A DNA stretch of 64,000 nt from Eledone cirrhosa (GCA_964016885.1 OZ024753.1:35030001-35094000), one strand, 5' to 3'. Shown: positions 1 to 12,242, counted from the stretch's first letter. A program made the numbers and translations. Notes: generated from the letters alone by a model not told the origin.

Positions 1-80
1 TATATATTTAGCCAGGTGTGCCACTATTTTTTCATGTATTCCAAGGTGTACCGTTGGCACAAAAAGGTTGAGAACCACTG
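1..80. mobile_element. hAT/Charlie-type DNA transposon terminus
   Basis: Ends in GGTTGAGAACCACTG, the reverse complement of the CAGTGGTTCTCAACC hAT-Charlie-type TIR. Confidence 0.6.
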
Positions 81-451
81 CTCTAGTAGAATCTTCGAGG
101 GAACCTTATGCAATGAAAGCCAACTACAAAAACTATAGTTCTCACTGTCTAATCTTGTTGAAACTATCTCTTCAATACTGCATTGGGTTCCAACCAGTGG
201 TGCATTTAGGACAAATGAGGTCCTGCGCTGGTTAAGTTATGAGACCACTAAACATATGAAAAATTCATCATAAAAAATATTTTTAGCAGGGAGATGCGCC
301 CCGACCCCACCTGGCCAACAGGGCCCTAAGCTTAACCCTTTAGCATTTAAACCAGCCGTATCTGGCCAGAATTCTCTTACCTCTTTCTGTTCAAACTGGC
401 CATAACCGACCACTCATACTGATGTTAAGGTATTGTTCTCAAAAGAAATAA

Positions 452-665
452 ATTGTTTCTGATTTAGGCACAAGGTCAGCAATATGGGGGGGGTGACTCG
501 ATTAAATCGACCCCAGTGCATTACTGGTGCTTTATTTTATCGAACCCCCGTAAGGATGAAAGGCTAAGCTAACCTCAGCAGGATTTGAACTCAGATCATA
601 AAGGGGCTTAACCCTATGTGATAAAGCATATTGCCCAACTCTCTACTGATATTTCCAATCTACAG
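452..665 (-). mobile_element. tRNA-derived SINE, family S1
   Basis: Reverse complement has B-box-like GAGTTCAAATCC and core CCTTTCATCC...TCGATAAAATAAAG; many copies in the window. Confidence 0.75.
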
Positions 666-1054
666 CCCTTCTCTACACCGTTTTTAAAATAAATTATAAG
701 CACACCTAAGAACAATCGTAAACACAGCACTGGTTCTAACAATGCTATCGGCCCCCATCATAAACAGGTGGATACCAATATATATATTGAGTGAAGATTT
801 CCTATAAATGAATCAATATTATATTCATGTTTCTCATTCATGTGACTCAGGCGACATTGAGCAGTTTGTAAAAAGCTTGTTCAGATAATTGCATTGGATT
901 TTATGCTTCTGACACTAAATCGATCTAATTCCTCAAAGATTTTACACACACACACACATACGCACATACATATATATATATATATATATATAAAGTTAAA
1001 GGAATTAAAAGTTAAAAGGTAGAAGATTTTTAATATATAAATAAATAAACACAC

Positions 1055-1330
1055 AGCACCCTCCCACTGTAAAGTGGTCGTGGAGGTGCCACGGCAAAAA
1101 AGCACCCAGCCCACACTGCAAAGTGGACGTGTAGGCGCCACAGAAAAAAGCACCCAGCACTCACTGTAAATGAGGTTTGTGTTAGGAAGGGCATCCAGCT
1201 GTAGAAATCAAGCCAAAATCAGTTCCTGTATGAGCAAGGCATGGTCAGCCGACCAGACACTGCCCACAACAGGACAACCAGTCTAACCCATGCTAGCATG
1301 GAAGAACGGACGTAAAATTGTGATGATGAG
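1055..1330 (+). mobile_element. RTE-type SINE/LINE 3' tail with (TGA)n end
   Basis: GTTAGGAAGGGCATCCAGCTGTAGAAA...ACCCATGCTAGCATGGAAGAACGGACGTAAAA then TGATGATGA; near-identical inverted copy at 5345-5590. Confidence 0.8.
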
Positions 1331-1540
1331 CCAAAGTCACACACAATTATATATTGTGTACATACATCTATGACTGATGCATCTGGATACATCTTCAGTG
1401 AGGTGGCTGGTATCATCGGGTGTTTCGGGTCTTTCAACATCATACACCCTTCTCCAGGTGACCCAGCTGGGGCTGAACAGACCCCGGCTTGTGTCCAGAT
1501 GGCCAGCTAGCTACCATGACTCTCCTCTTTTGATCTACAG

Positions 1541-3138
1541 CATTATATAAATATATACTACACAATTATATAAATATATACTACACAGTTATATAAGTAT
1601 ATACTACACAGTTATATAAATATATTCTACACAATTATATAAATATATACTACACAGTTATATAAATATATACTACACAGTTATATAAATATATACTACG
1701 CAATTATATAAATATATACTACACAATTATATAAATATATACTACACAGTTATATAAATATATACTACACAATTATATAAATATATACTACACAGTTATA
1801 TAAATATATACTACAGCATTATATAAATATATACTACACAATTATATAAATATATACTACACAGTTATATAAATATATACTACACAATTATATAAATATA
1901 TACTACACAGTTATATAAATATATACTACACAATTATATAAATATATACTACACAATTATATAAATATATACTACACAATTATATACATATATACTACAC
2001 AATTATATAAATATATACTACACAATTATATAAATATATACTACACAGTTATATAAATATATACTACACAATTATATAAATATATACTACACAATTATAT
2101 AAATATATACTACACAATTATATAAATATATACTACACAGTTATATAAATATATACTACGCAATTATATAAATATATACTACACAATTATATAAATATAT
2201 ACTACACAATTATATAAATATATACTACACAGTTATATAAATATATACTACACAATTATATAAATATATACTACACAATTATATACATATATACTACACA
2301 ATTATATAAATATATACTACACAATTATATAAATATATACTACACAGTTATATAAATATATACTACACAATTATATAAATATATACTACACAATTATATA
2401 AATATATACTACACAATTATATAAATATATACTACACAGTTATATAAATATATACTACGCAATTATATAAATATATACTACACAATTATATAAATATATA
2501 CTACACAATTATATAAATATATACTACACAGTTATATAAATATATACTACACAATTATATAAATATATACTACACAATTATATAAATATATTCTACACAA
2601 TTATATAAATATATACTACACAGTTATATAAATATATACTACACAGTTATATACATATATACTACACAATTATATACATATATATGACACAATTATATAA
2701 ATATATACTACACAGTTATATAAATATATACTACAGCATTATATAAATATATACTACACAATTATATAAATATATACTACACAGTTATATAAATATATAC
2801 TACACAATTATATAAATATATACTACACAATTATATAAATATATACTACACAATTATATACATATATACTACACAATTATATAAATATATACGACACAAT
2901 TATATAAATATATACTACACAGTTATATAAATATATACTACACAGTTATATACATATATACTACACAATTATATACATATATACTACACAATTATATACA
3001 TATATACGACACAATTATATAAATATATACTACACAGTTATATAAATATATACTACGCAATTATATAAATATATACTACACAGTTATATACATATATACT
3101 ACACAATTATATACATATATACGACACAATTATATACA
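1541..3138. repeat. 23-bp AT-rich minisatellite (CTACACA[A/G]TTATATAAATATATA)n, ~69 copies
   Basis: Directly visible tandem array with few variants. Confidence 0.95.
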
Positions 3139-3640
3139 CTTTGTGGGTCAACATTTTACATCTGTTCTGGACTTGCTATTAACTTTGTGGGTCTACATTT
3201 TACATCTGGCCTGGAGCCTACTACCAGCTTTGTAGTTCTACACTTTACATCTGGCCTGGGTCTACATTTTACATCTAGCCTGGGGCTATTACCAGCTTTG
3301 TAGTTCTACACTTTACATCTGGCCTGGGTCTACAGTTTACATCTAGTCTTGGGCCTACTACCAGCTTTGTAGTTCTACACTTTACATCTGGCCTGGGTCT
3401 ACATTTTACATCTAGCCTGGAGCCTACTGCCAGCTTTGTAGTTCTACATTTTACATCTGGCCTGGAGCCTACTACCAGCTTTGTAGGTCTACATTTTACA
3501 TCTGGCCTGGACCCTACTACCAGCTTTGTAGGTCTACACTTTACATCTGGCCTGGGTCTACATTTTACATCTAGCCTGGTGCCTACTACCAGCTTTGTAG
3601 GTCTACACTTTACATCTGGCCTACATTTTACAAAGCCTGG
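3139..3640. repeat. Minisatellite with 45-bp and ~69-bp composite units
   Basis: Repeats of TCTACATTTTACATCTGGCCTGG..CCTACTACCAGCTTTGTAG with internal ~24-bp sub-duplications. Confidence 0.9.
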
Positions 3641-3713
3641 ACATAAAACCCTGCAATCAGATGGATGATAGATAAAGATAGAATGAGATACAAATAAATG
3701 TTCAACTACTTAC

Positions 3714-3802
3714 ACTATGCATAAAACTGTTCCAGTAGATATTGTAGATATTGTAGATATTGAGTGATTGAAGCAAAAGTGGCTACTCAGGAATTGAAAG
3801 TG
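3714..3802 (-). CDS. MRH-domain protein, coding exon 5 (last Cys, stalk, start of TM helix)
   Basis: Acceptor tttcttatttcaag, donor GT|gtaagt; 89 nt, HFQFLSSHFCFNHSISTISTISTGTVLCI(V). Fits the F-x-[LF]-x-S-x2-x-C and S-x-G-[ST]-V-L pattern of CD-MPR-like proteins. Downstream exon(s) not confidently located. Confidence 0.85.
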
Positions 3803-5344
3803 CTTGAAATAAGAAAGCAAAATGATTGTGATTTATATCAAAGAACTGTATAATTAAACAAAATTATAATTTCTAATTTAGGCACAAAAACCAACAATTT
3901 GTGAAGAGGGAAAAAAGTTAATTAAAGCGACCCCAGTGCATTTCTTCTTCTTCTTCTTCTTCTTCTTCCTCCACCAGAGTATCATAGGGACAGAGTCCTC
4001 ACATATGCCATCCAGAGGGTAATATTAAAAGCATCCATTTCTATTTGATCCAGCTGGATCACCTGCTGGTTGGCTTTGCCCCAAAAATCTGGTCCAACGA
4101 TTATTTCCTTTGACATTCTAACCATATGTCCATAATATCTGAGCTGTGATCTCTTAATTCAGAGAGGTAACAGCTCTACTAGAGTGACACTCTGATCTCC
4201 AAATTACTCATCCTATTGAGTAACATTATTCCAAAGATCCTTTGGAGGAACACCATTTCAGTTGCTTGTTATTCTCTTATGATCTAAGTTCACATGAGTA
4301 ACTTGTGAATTTTTAATGCCAAATTTGATTTTTAAAATCTTACTCAATAGTGGATGTGAAATTTTAAACCCATTTAATATCAAACTATTTGAAACTGACC
4401 CCTGATTCATTATCTGCACCATCTTTCACCTGCATCTCCATGCTTGCTTAGGTTGGATCACCTTTTTTATAGCACAGCTCTCTCCAACTGTTGCTATCCT
4501 TCATCATTTCCTATGTGAGCTTCAGCGATTTCGGATCAGCTCTCACAATTTCTGCTCAGGTGTTCTCTGGTCTCTCTCTCTCTCTCTCTCTCTCTCTACT
4601 GCAGCTTACTTTCAGTAGGATTTCTTGATACTTCTTCACCTAACAATCATCATCCATATGCGTCCACACCAGTGCAGTCCTCTTTCCAGTGCTCTACATG
4701 GTTCTTCTGTACAAAACAGTTATAAAATGTTTGTATGTGTATATGGACATGTAATGCTTGAGAAAGTTGTAGGGATATCATAGTGACATCTTGAACCTTT
4801 TTTAAAAAACCTAGTAGAGTCCACCTCTCCATGTCTAAATGCAGATGATTTTTTTTTCCAGAGAAGGAGAGAGAATTAAAGAAAGACATATAGAGCAAAA
4901 AAAGGACCCCAGTATTGGACTGGTACTTTATTTTAGAGATCTCGAAAGGATGAAAAGCAAAGTTGATCTCAGTGGGATTTTGAACTTTAGCAGTGTCAAC
5001 CTCCTGGTAAACACTATAAAGAGGTTGGTGATATTAAGGGCATCCAGCTGTAGAAAACCTGCTAAACAAAAGGGTCGGATGGACTCTTTAGCTGTGTCAA
5101 AGACATGACAACCTCCCTAGAGTTGATGCCATAATGAAATGCACTCGGTAGAACATGGAAATATTTTATAAGCAAAATGCACACTCCTGGTTCTTCTGAG
5201 CAGCTGGTAGAGTGGAGGAATATAAGCTCCCCTCCACCCAACCTATCTGAGAGTTCAATAGTTTTACTTGAGTACTGACTCAGTCTATGAAGACCTGTAC
5301 AACCTTTGCTAGCAGGGAAAATGGATGTTAAATGATGATGATAA

Positions 5345-8085
5345 TCATCATCGTCATCAACATCATCATCACTGTTTTACGTCCGTTCTTCCATGCTAGC
5401 ATGGGTTAGACGGGTTGTCCTGTTGTGGGCAGTGTCTGGTCGGCTGACCATGACTTTCTCATACAGGAACTGATTTTGGCTTGATTTCTACAGCTGGATG
5501 CCCTTCCTAACACCAACCTCATTTACAGTGAGTGCTGGGTGCTTTTTTGCCGTGGCGCCTCGACGACCACTTTGCAGTGGGAGGGTGTGGGGAATATTGT
5601 CTATATGCTTCAGCTTGTACCCATGGGAGGTCGAGTACTCTGTATTACTGCGTGACGCCAGAGGTCACGGTCGGGTGTCATCGCCTTTGAGAGGTGTAAT
5701 TGGGTTGGCTTTTATCACCTCATCCCAGGTCTTCTTGGGTCTCCCCACTCCGCGGTTTCCATTGACTTCTAGTACTCTGCACCTTTTTATGCAGCTGTCA
5801 TCCTTCATACGCATCACATGTCCATACCAACTCAACCGCCTCTCCTGCACACAGCATTTGATTCTTCTTATGCTCAGTCTCTCTCTCAATTCATTTATGC
5901 TTTGCCGTTCACATATATTACTATTACACATCCATCGGAGCATGCAGGCTTCATTTCTTTCTAATCTACGAAAGTCTTCAGCGCCCAGGTCTCACTACCA
6001 TGTAACATTGCTGTTCGGATACACGCCTTTCATTTTGAGGGAGAAGCCTTTTGCAGCTAGCAGTGGCAGTAGTTCCCTGAACTTCTTCCATCCCGTTCTT
6101 ACCCTAGTTATTGTACTTTCTGAACACACACCTCCGCTGCTAATTCAGTCACCTAGGTAGCAGAAGCTGTCTACTGTTTCTACAGAGCCCTCCCAGAGAT
6201 TGGTGGCACTTGTTTCCTGTGGCTGTTTGCTGCTTGCTGTCCCAGCACAGCTGTGAAGCCTACATTCTTAATTAAGCTTCCTGAGATCCCGCTACATCTC
6301 TTGTGTACCCATTGTTTGCATTTGGGGCAGAGAATGGAGTTCCTACCTACACCTTTCCTACATACTGAGCAAGGCCATTTCCCTGAGGGGATCTGGGTTC
6401 TGTTTTCTCGTCTACTTACAAGGACCTTAGTCTTTGTCATGTTGACTTTGAGACCCTTTCTTTCTAGTCCCTGCTTCTAAGTTTGGAATTTCTTCTCTAG
6501 TTCTACCATAGATTCAGCTATAAGTGCGTGGTCATCTGCATACAGGAGTTCCCATGGGCATCCGGTCTTAAACTCCTCCGTTATTGCCTGCAGGACTATG
6601 ATGAACAGGAGAGGGCTAAGAACAGAGTCCTGGTGGACACCAACCTGTATGCTAAATTCGTCGCTATACTCATTGCTAATCCTAACTTTGCTGACTGCTC
6701 CCCTATACATGGCTTGTACAGCTTTCACAAGCCATTCATCTACTCCTAGTTTTCTAAGAGCCCACCAGATTATAGCACGTGGAACTCTGTCAAAGGCTTT
6801 CTCGAGATCGACGAATGCCAGGTAGAGTGGCTTACTTTTAGCTAGGTACTTTTCCTGTAACTGCCTCACAAGGAAGAGAGCATCAGTGGTGCCTCTTCCT
6901 GGTACAAACCCAAATTGCATCTCATCTAGTTTCACCTGGTCCCTAATCAACTGTGCTATAACTCTTTCTGTTACTTTCATGACCTGGTCTATCAGCTTTA
7001 TATCTCTATAGTTTCCTCTATCTAGTGCATCACCTTTACCTTTGTAGCAGTTGACAATGATGCTACTGCACCAATCTTTTGGTATGACACCTTCTAGTAT
7101 TACCTGGTTAACAATACGTGTGGTTATAGTGTGACCTACAGACCCAGATGCCTTCAGCATCTCGGCAGCTATACCCGATGGACCGGTTGCCTTCCCCATC
7201 TTCATATCTTTGATTGCCTTACTTACTACGCTGCTGCTGACTTGTACTGCTGGCCCCTCTATAGGGTCTACTTGGAGTAGGGTCTCTTCTTCCCATGCAT
7301 TATTCTCATTTAGTAATCTATCATAATGACTCTTCCGTGCATCTTTCTTCTCAGCACATGTGAGGGCAAGCTCACCTTTATCATTCCAGATTCACTTCTC
7401 TCCAATGACATCACAATTCTCTCTGACACACTGTCTCGCACTCCTGAACACCTCCTGTTTCTGGTCCTCACGTTGCAAAATATGCTTGAATTTTTTATCC
7501 TCTGCTTCCCTCCTAGCTAAGTATACTTGACGCCTAGCTTCCCTCTTGGTCTCTATGTAATGTACCCTGCTTCCCCCATTCTTCCATTCTTTCCATGCCT
7601 GTCTCTTGGCCTTAACTGCCTCATCTACCTTATTGTTCCACCACCAAGTCACTCTCCTCCTGCTTGTGGTCTTACTCCAGCCACAGATCTCATCCGTCGC
7701 CTCTAGTAAGTTATTTTTTAGGAACTCCCAGTGCTCTTCTACATTGAATGTCTCTATCTGTTCTTCTTTACTGTCGTAGGCGTTGAGTAGAATATCTTTA
7801 AATCTGTTACTAGCTGAGGGGTCTTTCAGCTTCCAGATCTTTCTTCTCCAGGTTGGCCTCTGTTTCCAGGTTCGTCTAGTTCTGACCGTGAGGTCGCTGA
7901 CAACTAAGCTATGTTGGGAGGTACATTTCTCACTAGGGAAGGCTTTTGTGTTTACGACTGTCCATCTGTCACGTCCTCTGATGAGGATAAAATCTATCTG
8001 ACTAGAATGCTCCCCTGATCTATAGGTGATCAGGTGGTTGTCGGGTTTTTTGAAGTTTGCGTTACATATCGACATATCATGTGTG
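5345..8085 (-). mobile_element. 5'-truncated, frameshifted RTE-clade LINE in intron 4 of the host gene, same strand
   Basis: APE C-terminus (ITYRSG..SQIDFIL..SQHSLV), RT (KATGPSGI, QFGFVPGRGTTDA, FVDLEKAFDRV, GVHQDSVLSPLLF, LLYADD), PHD-like C-x2-C...C-x2-C-x4-H-x2-C, RTE C-terminus (RRLSWYGHVMR..GRPKKTW). Stops and frameshifts present; (TGA)n-tailed 3' segment. Confidence 0.95.
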
Positions 8086-8145
8086 TAAAAAAAAAAATGT
8101 CAAATCTGAAAGACCGGTCAAATAGAAAAGAAATACATAACTTAC

Positions 8146-8230
8146 ATAAGTTGTTAAGTTGTTTTTGACATATATTCCAGCAAATTTCAAACTTCCGTTA
8201 GCGTTTTTGGCACACGAAAGGTTTATATAA
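8146..8230 (-). CDS. MRH-domain protein, coding exon 4
   Basis: Poly-T tract then cgtcag acceptor, donor TAT|gtaagt; 85 nt, (S)YINLSCAKNANGSLKFAGIYVKNNLTTY, fitting the MRH 'i-x-L-x-C...Y' segment. Confidence 0.85.
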
Positions 8231-8720
8231 CTGACGTTGAGGACCACACAAAAAAAAAAAAAAAAATGTATTTAAATAAAAATGGTACTTAAAAAAGGGA
8301 AGAAAATTTTTTAAAGTCCTACTCCAACCCAATCTAAAAGCTTTAGTGATAACAATTAGTAATAACAATTAAGTTTGTTTTGAAACATCCAGTGAAGTTT
8401 GAAATTTAGTAGAAATAGAAGCTTTTGCAGTATTTTTGACTAAAGAAATTTTAGCCTCATAGTTGGATTTAAAACCCTCTAAAAAATGGAAAAGAATGAG
8501 GTCAATACTCATCCTTTTTCATATTTTAGCGGGTTTTAAACCCCACTATCAAGCTAAAATTTATTTAGTCAAAAATATGGCAAAAGCTTCTATTTCTACT
8601 TATTGTAATACTTTGGGAGGGTATAAAAAACACACACTCCTGTTGGATTTCACTTTAATTTATCATTACAATTTCCCAGTCAGTTAGTTTAATAATTAGA
8701 TAGTTGTTTAGTTGTAGATT

Positions 8721-8766
8721 GTCACCAGAGCTCTTTCAACACACATTCTGTGACCTCTTCAATGAC
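8721..8766 (-). ncRNA. Degenerate type-I hammerhead ribozyme (family C)
   Basis: RC: GTCA-TTGAAGA-GGTCACAGAATGTGTGTT-GAAA-GAGCTC-TG-GTGAC; homologous to 13944-13988, core and cleavage site mutated. Confidence 0.45.
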
Positions 8767-8969
8767 TATTTTTGTTGTTATTTTGTGTCTATTTTAATAC
8801 ATGTTTTCAAATAAAAAATCTTACACAACAAATACAAAAACGAAATATCAATCAAACAGTTGATTGACTTTCGTCAAATCGGACCGAGGAAACACTGTTT
8901 CCATTGGTCTTTCCAATTGCTAATACTGTTTATCAGTCGCAACTCCAGGTAGAAGTATACATATATAAT

Positions 8970-9240
8970 TTCTCATCAACCACACTCTCTACTTCCATCT
9001 TCTATAAGTGCACTGACCCCCACTACTACCTCGACTTCACCTCCTCCCATCCCTCACACACCAAACTCTCCATACCCTACTCCCTCCCAATTCCTCCATC
9101 ATCATTGGCACTGTAGCCAGAACCATGATTTCGAGACCCAGTCACAACACATAGCCTCCCACTTCATCCAACATGGATATCCCCCCAGGCTGATCCAAAC
9201 TGCCCTCGCTCATGCCTGTTAAACTGACTTTACCATACCA
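8970..9240 (+). pseudogene. Penelope-like element RT thumb fragment
   Basis: LSTSIFYKCTDPHYYLDFTSSHPSHTKLSIPYS, frameshift, SQFLHHHWHCS..DF..F.QHGYPPRLIQTAL; matches the PLE Y.KPT..YL...S.HP...K.SIPYSQ.LR...ICS..RGYP pattern. Confidence 0.85.
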
Positions 9241-9359
9241 CAGCCTTCTCACCCCACCACTGGAGCAATGCTAACTAAGGACACAATGCCTCAAATTCTC
9301 TGGGACTCAAACCTTTGACATTATGATTGTGAACACAACACTCTATCTACTGGATGTTA

Positions 9360-9745
9360 AATAATTGTTTCTACTTTTGGCACAAGGTCAGCAATTACTC
9401 CAGTGCATTCCTGGTACTTTATTTTATCGACCCCGTAAGGATGAAAGCAAAGTTAACCTTGGCGGGAGTTGAACTCAGATCATAAAGGGCTATAACTCTA
9501 TGCTGCAAAGCATTGTGTCTGACGCTCTACAGATATTGCCAATCCAATAAAATAATTGTTTCTACTTTTTGGCACAAGGCCAGCAATTACCCAGTGCATT
9601 ACTGGTACTTTATTTTATTGACCCCGTAAGGATGAAAGGCAAAGTCAACCTCGGCGGGATTTGAACTCAGATCGTAAAGGGACATAACTATGCTGGAAAG
9701 CATGACATCCGACCCTCTACCAATACTGCCAATCCACCACCAATC
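9360..9745 (-). mobile_element. Two tandem S1 SINE copies
   Basis: Two successive AATTGTTTCTACTTTTGGCACAAGG...TGCCAATCC units. Confidence 0.8.
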
Positions 9746-10152
9746 CAATAAAATAATGATACCAATGTATTGAGTACCTTATTTAACTGTGGTCATTTCC
9801 CGAATTCAACTGTATTTTAACATAAAGGGCTGTAACTATATGCTGTAAAGCATGTTCCCCGGTGCTCTATCAATACTGCCAATTCACCAAAATTCAAATA
9901 TAATAGTACATACAAGTATATAGGTGGAGAACATGGCTTCAGTGTCATAGATGGCTGTGTTTGTAGGTAACCATTTTCTTTATGGTTAGAGAAGTAAAGG
10001 GTCGTAACTCTATGCTGCAAAGCATAGCGTCCGACGCTCTACCGATACTGCCAGTCCATCATCCTGATGTTAAATAACAAGAAGAAAACAACAGAAATAA
10101 AAACAAACATACATAAAATAACCACAATAAAAAAAAATGTCTTTTATGTCAC

Positions 10153-10274
10153 CTTTTTTGTGTTCCTGATGGATTTTGAAACACCAAAGATACTTGTTCG
10201 TCAGAAGTCACAAACTGGGTAGTATTTAAGCTCCCTATGTTAGTCTTCCTTGCTACTGGTTGGGTTTTGCAAAT
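10153..10274 (-). CDS. MRH-domain protein, coding exon 3
   Basis: Acceptor ttttttcattaag, donor AAG|gtgaca; 122 nt, ICKTQPVARKTNIGSLNTTQFVTSDEQVSLVFQNPSGTQK + AG; open and in phase. Confidence 0.88.
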
Positions 10275-10312
10275 CTTAATGAAAAAATAAAGACACGTGC
10301 ATTAATTAAATA

Positions 10313-10525
10313 TTGGTTTCTGATTTAAACACAAGGCCAACAATTTGGTGGGGTAGGGAAAGTTGATTAAATCAACCCCATTACATTACTGGTACTTTAT
10401 TTTATCAACCCCATAAGGATAAAAGACAAAGTTAACCTCGGCAGGATTTGAAATCAGATCGTAAAGGGCCATAACTCTATGTCATAAAGCACGTTGTCCA
10501 ACGCTCCACAGATCCTGCCAATCTA
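10313..10525 (-). mobile_element. S1 SINE
   Basis: Same core and tRNA-like head as other S1 copies. Confidence 0.75.
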
Positions 10526-10586
10526 CCAAGTTGTATAAAACAAGGACGAAAAAAAAAAGTAAGAAAAAGGAAAATAGATGATACAT

Positions 10587-10799
10587 TTAACCCTTTAGCA
10601 TTTAAACCAGCCATATCTGGCCAGAATTTTCTCACCTTTTTCTGTTCAAACCACTCATACTGATGTTAAGGTATTGTTGTCAAAATAAATAATATCAAAA
10701 CTTCATAGATTCGATATTATGTAAGATAATTGTGAGGTAAAGCATTTACAGTGAAAATATGAGAGTAAATATAGGGTAATGTGAATGCTAAAGGGTTAA
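10587..10799 (+). mobile_element. piggyBac-type MITE, family P1 (~210 bp)
   Basis: TTAA-CCCTTTAGCATT ... AATGCTAAAGGG-TTAA (TIR + TTAA TSD). Other copies at ~331-450, 27478-27685, 34945-35116, 38205-38420, 46560-46695, 47618-47816, 57388-57545. Confidence 0.85.
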
Positions 10800-10865
10800 A
10801 TGAGGCTTGTATGGCAGTATGGTTTATGGCTAAAATACCTCAGTAAAAGAGTAAAGTAAACTTAC

Positions 10866-10944
10866 AGTTTGATAGATGTTCATACATTGAATCTCTCTAC
10901 AAGGACACCATTCATAGCGATCTGTCAGATTGTCAACTACAAAG
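10866..10944 (-). CDS. MRH-domain protein, coding exon 2
   Basis: Acceptor tttctgtttcag, donor ACT|gtaagt; 79 nt, (S)FVVDNLTDRYEWCPCREIQCMNIYQT; phase matches exons 1 and 3. Confidence 0.88.
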
Positions 10945-11009
10945 CTGAAACAGAAATACAGAATGAAGTAAAAATTACCTGAAAATTTGTTGATATTAAA
11001 AAGTATATT

Positions 11010-11450
11010 TTAACACTTTAGTATTAACATTACTCTATATATACTATTATATTTTCATGGTAAAGGCTTTACCTCACATAATATCGAATCTATGAGATTT
11101 TGATATTATTTATTTTGAGAACAATACCTTAACATCAATAGGAATGTCCGGTTATGGCCAGTTTGAGCAGAAAGAAGTGAGAGAATTCTGTCCGGATATG
11201 GCTGGTTTAACCCTTTAGCATTTATATTACTCTATATAGACCATTGTATTTTTGTGGTAAAGGCCTTATCTCACATAATTATCTCACATAATATCGAATC
11301 TATAAGATTTTGATATTATTTATTTTGAGAACAATATCTTAACATCAATATAAGCAGCCAGTTATGGCCAGTTTGAATAGAAAGAGGTGAGATAATCCTG
11401 GCCAGATACAGCTGGTTTAAATGCTAAAGGGTTAAATACTAAAGGATTAA
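11010..11450 (-). mobile_element. Two adjacent P1 MITEs, inverted relative to 10587-10799
   Basis: Reverse-orientation internal sequence; TTAACCCTTTAGCATT junction at ~11206; ends AATGCTAAAGGGTTAA. Confidence 0.85.
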
Positions 11451-11465
11451 AAAGCTTGTATTTAC

Positions 11466-11608
11466 CTCTTGGGTTTAAAAGGATAAAGATCAATAATGTC
11501 TCCATTTTCTTTTTGGCAAGAACAATCGGTAAGTTGATTGCAATTTTCACTTACAGTGAATAAAGGTAAAATCACCAGAATAATAAACTGTAAATAACCT
11601 CCCACCAT
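11466..11608 (-). CDS. MRH-domain (CD-MPR/ATG27-like) membrane protein, coding exon 1 (signal peptide + N-terminal Cys motif)
   Basis: ATG at 11608; MVGGYLQFIILVILPLFTVSENCNQLTDCSCQKENGDIIDLYPFKPK + AG, donor AG|gtaaat; 143 nt, phase 2. Hydrophobic leader followed by C-x5-C-x-C-x4-G-x2-IDL. Upstream acceptor tttcag at ~11682 implies a further 5' UTR exon. Confidence 0.85.
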
Positions 11609-11787
11609 TTTGAAAAAAGTGATTCTGATGTTACAACTGATTTCAATGATATGATAAAAGTTTGGACTTTCACACATGAACCTGAAATATCTTATCTAAA
11701 GTCATTTCTTGTAAACCAATTAACATGCTTTTATTGTCAGGAGTTAATGATTACAATGAATTTTGTATTATTTTTGTTTAACCGACA

Positions 11788-11790
11788 ATA

Positions 11791-11843
<53 letters not shown>

Positions 11844-11986
11844 GGTGGTGGTGGTGATGATGGTTATGGTGCTGCTGCTGATGATGATGATGGTGATGAT
11901 GATGGTGATGATGATGGTGATGATGGTGATGATGGTGATGATGATGATGATGATGGTGATGGTGATGATGGTGATGATGATGATGG

Positions 11987-12044
<58 letters not shown>

Positions 12045-12184
12045 GGTGGTGGTGATGATGGTTATGGTGCTGCTGCTGATGATGATGATGGTGATGATGA
12101 TGGTGATGATGATGGTGATGATGGTGATGATGGTGATGATGATGATGATGATGGTGATGGTGATGATGGTGATGATGATGATGG

Positions 12185-12242
<58 letters not shown>

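Noticed and set aside
706-801. Candidate exon 6 of the MRH gene (minus; tag|GAAATC..., KSSLNIYIGIHLFMMG...)
   Set aside because: Open in the required phase but does not continue a hydrophobic TM helix or resemble the CD-MPR tail; weak donor. The real exon may lie outside the window.
5498-6160. 220-aa plus-strand ORF (also 42122-42820)
   Set aside because: Antisense to RTE coding sequence; shadow ORF.
9915-9978. Candidate extra minus-strand exon (KWLPTNTAIYDTEAMFSTYIL|gtatgt)
   Set aside because: Lies between SINE pieces, has a weak acceptor and ends in phase 0, incompatible with exon 4; could only be a mutually exclusive alternative.
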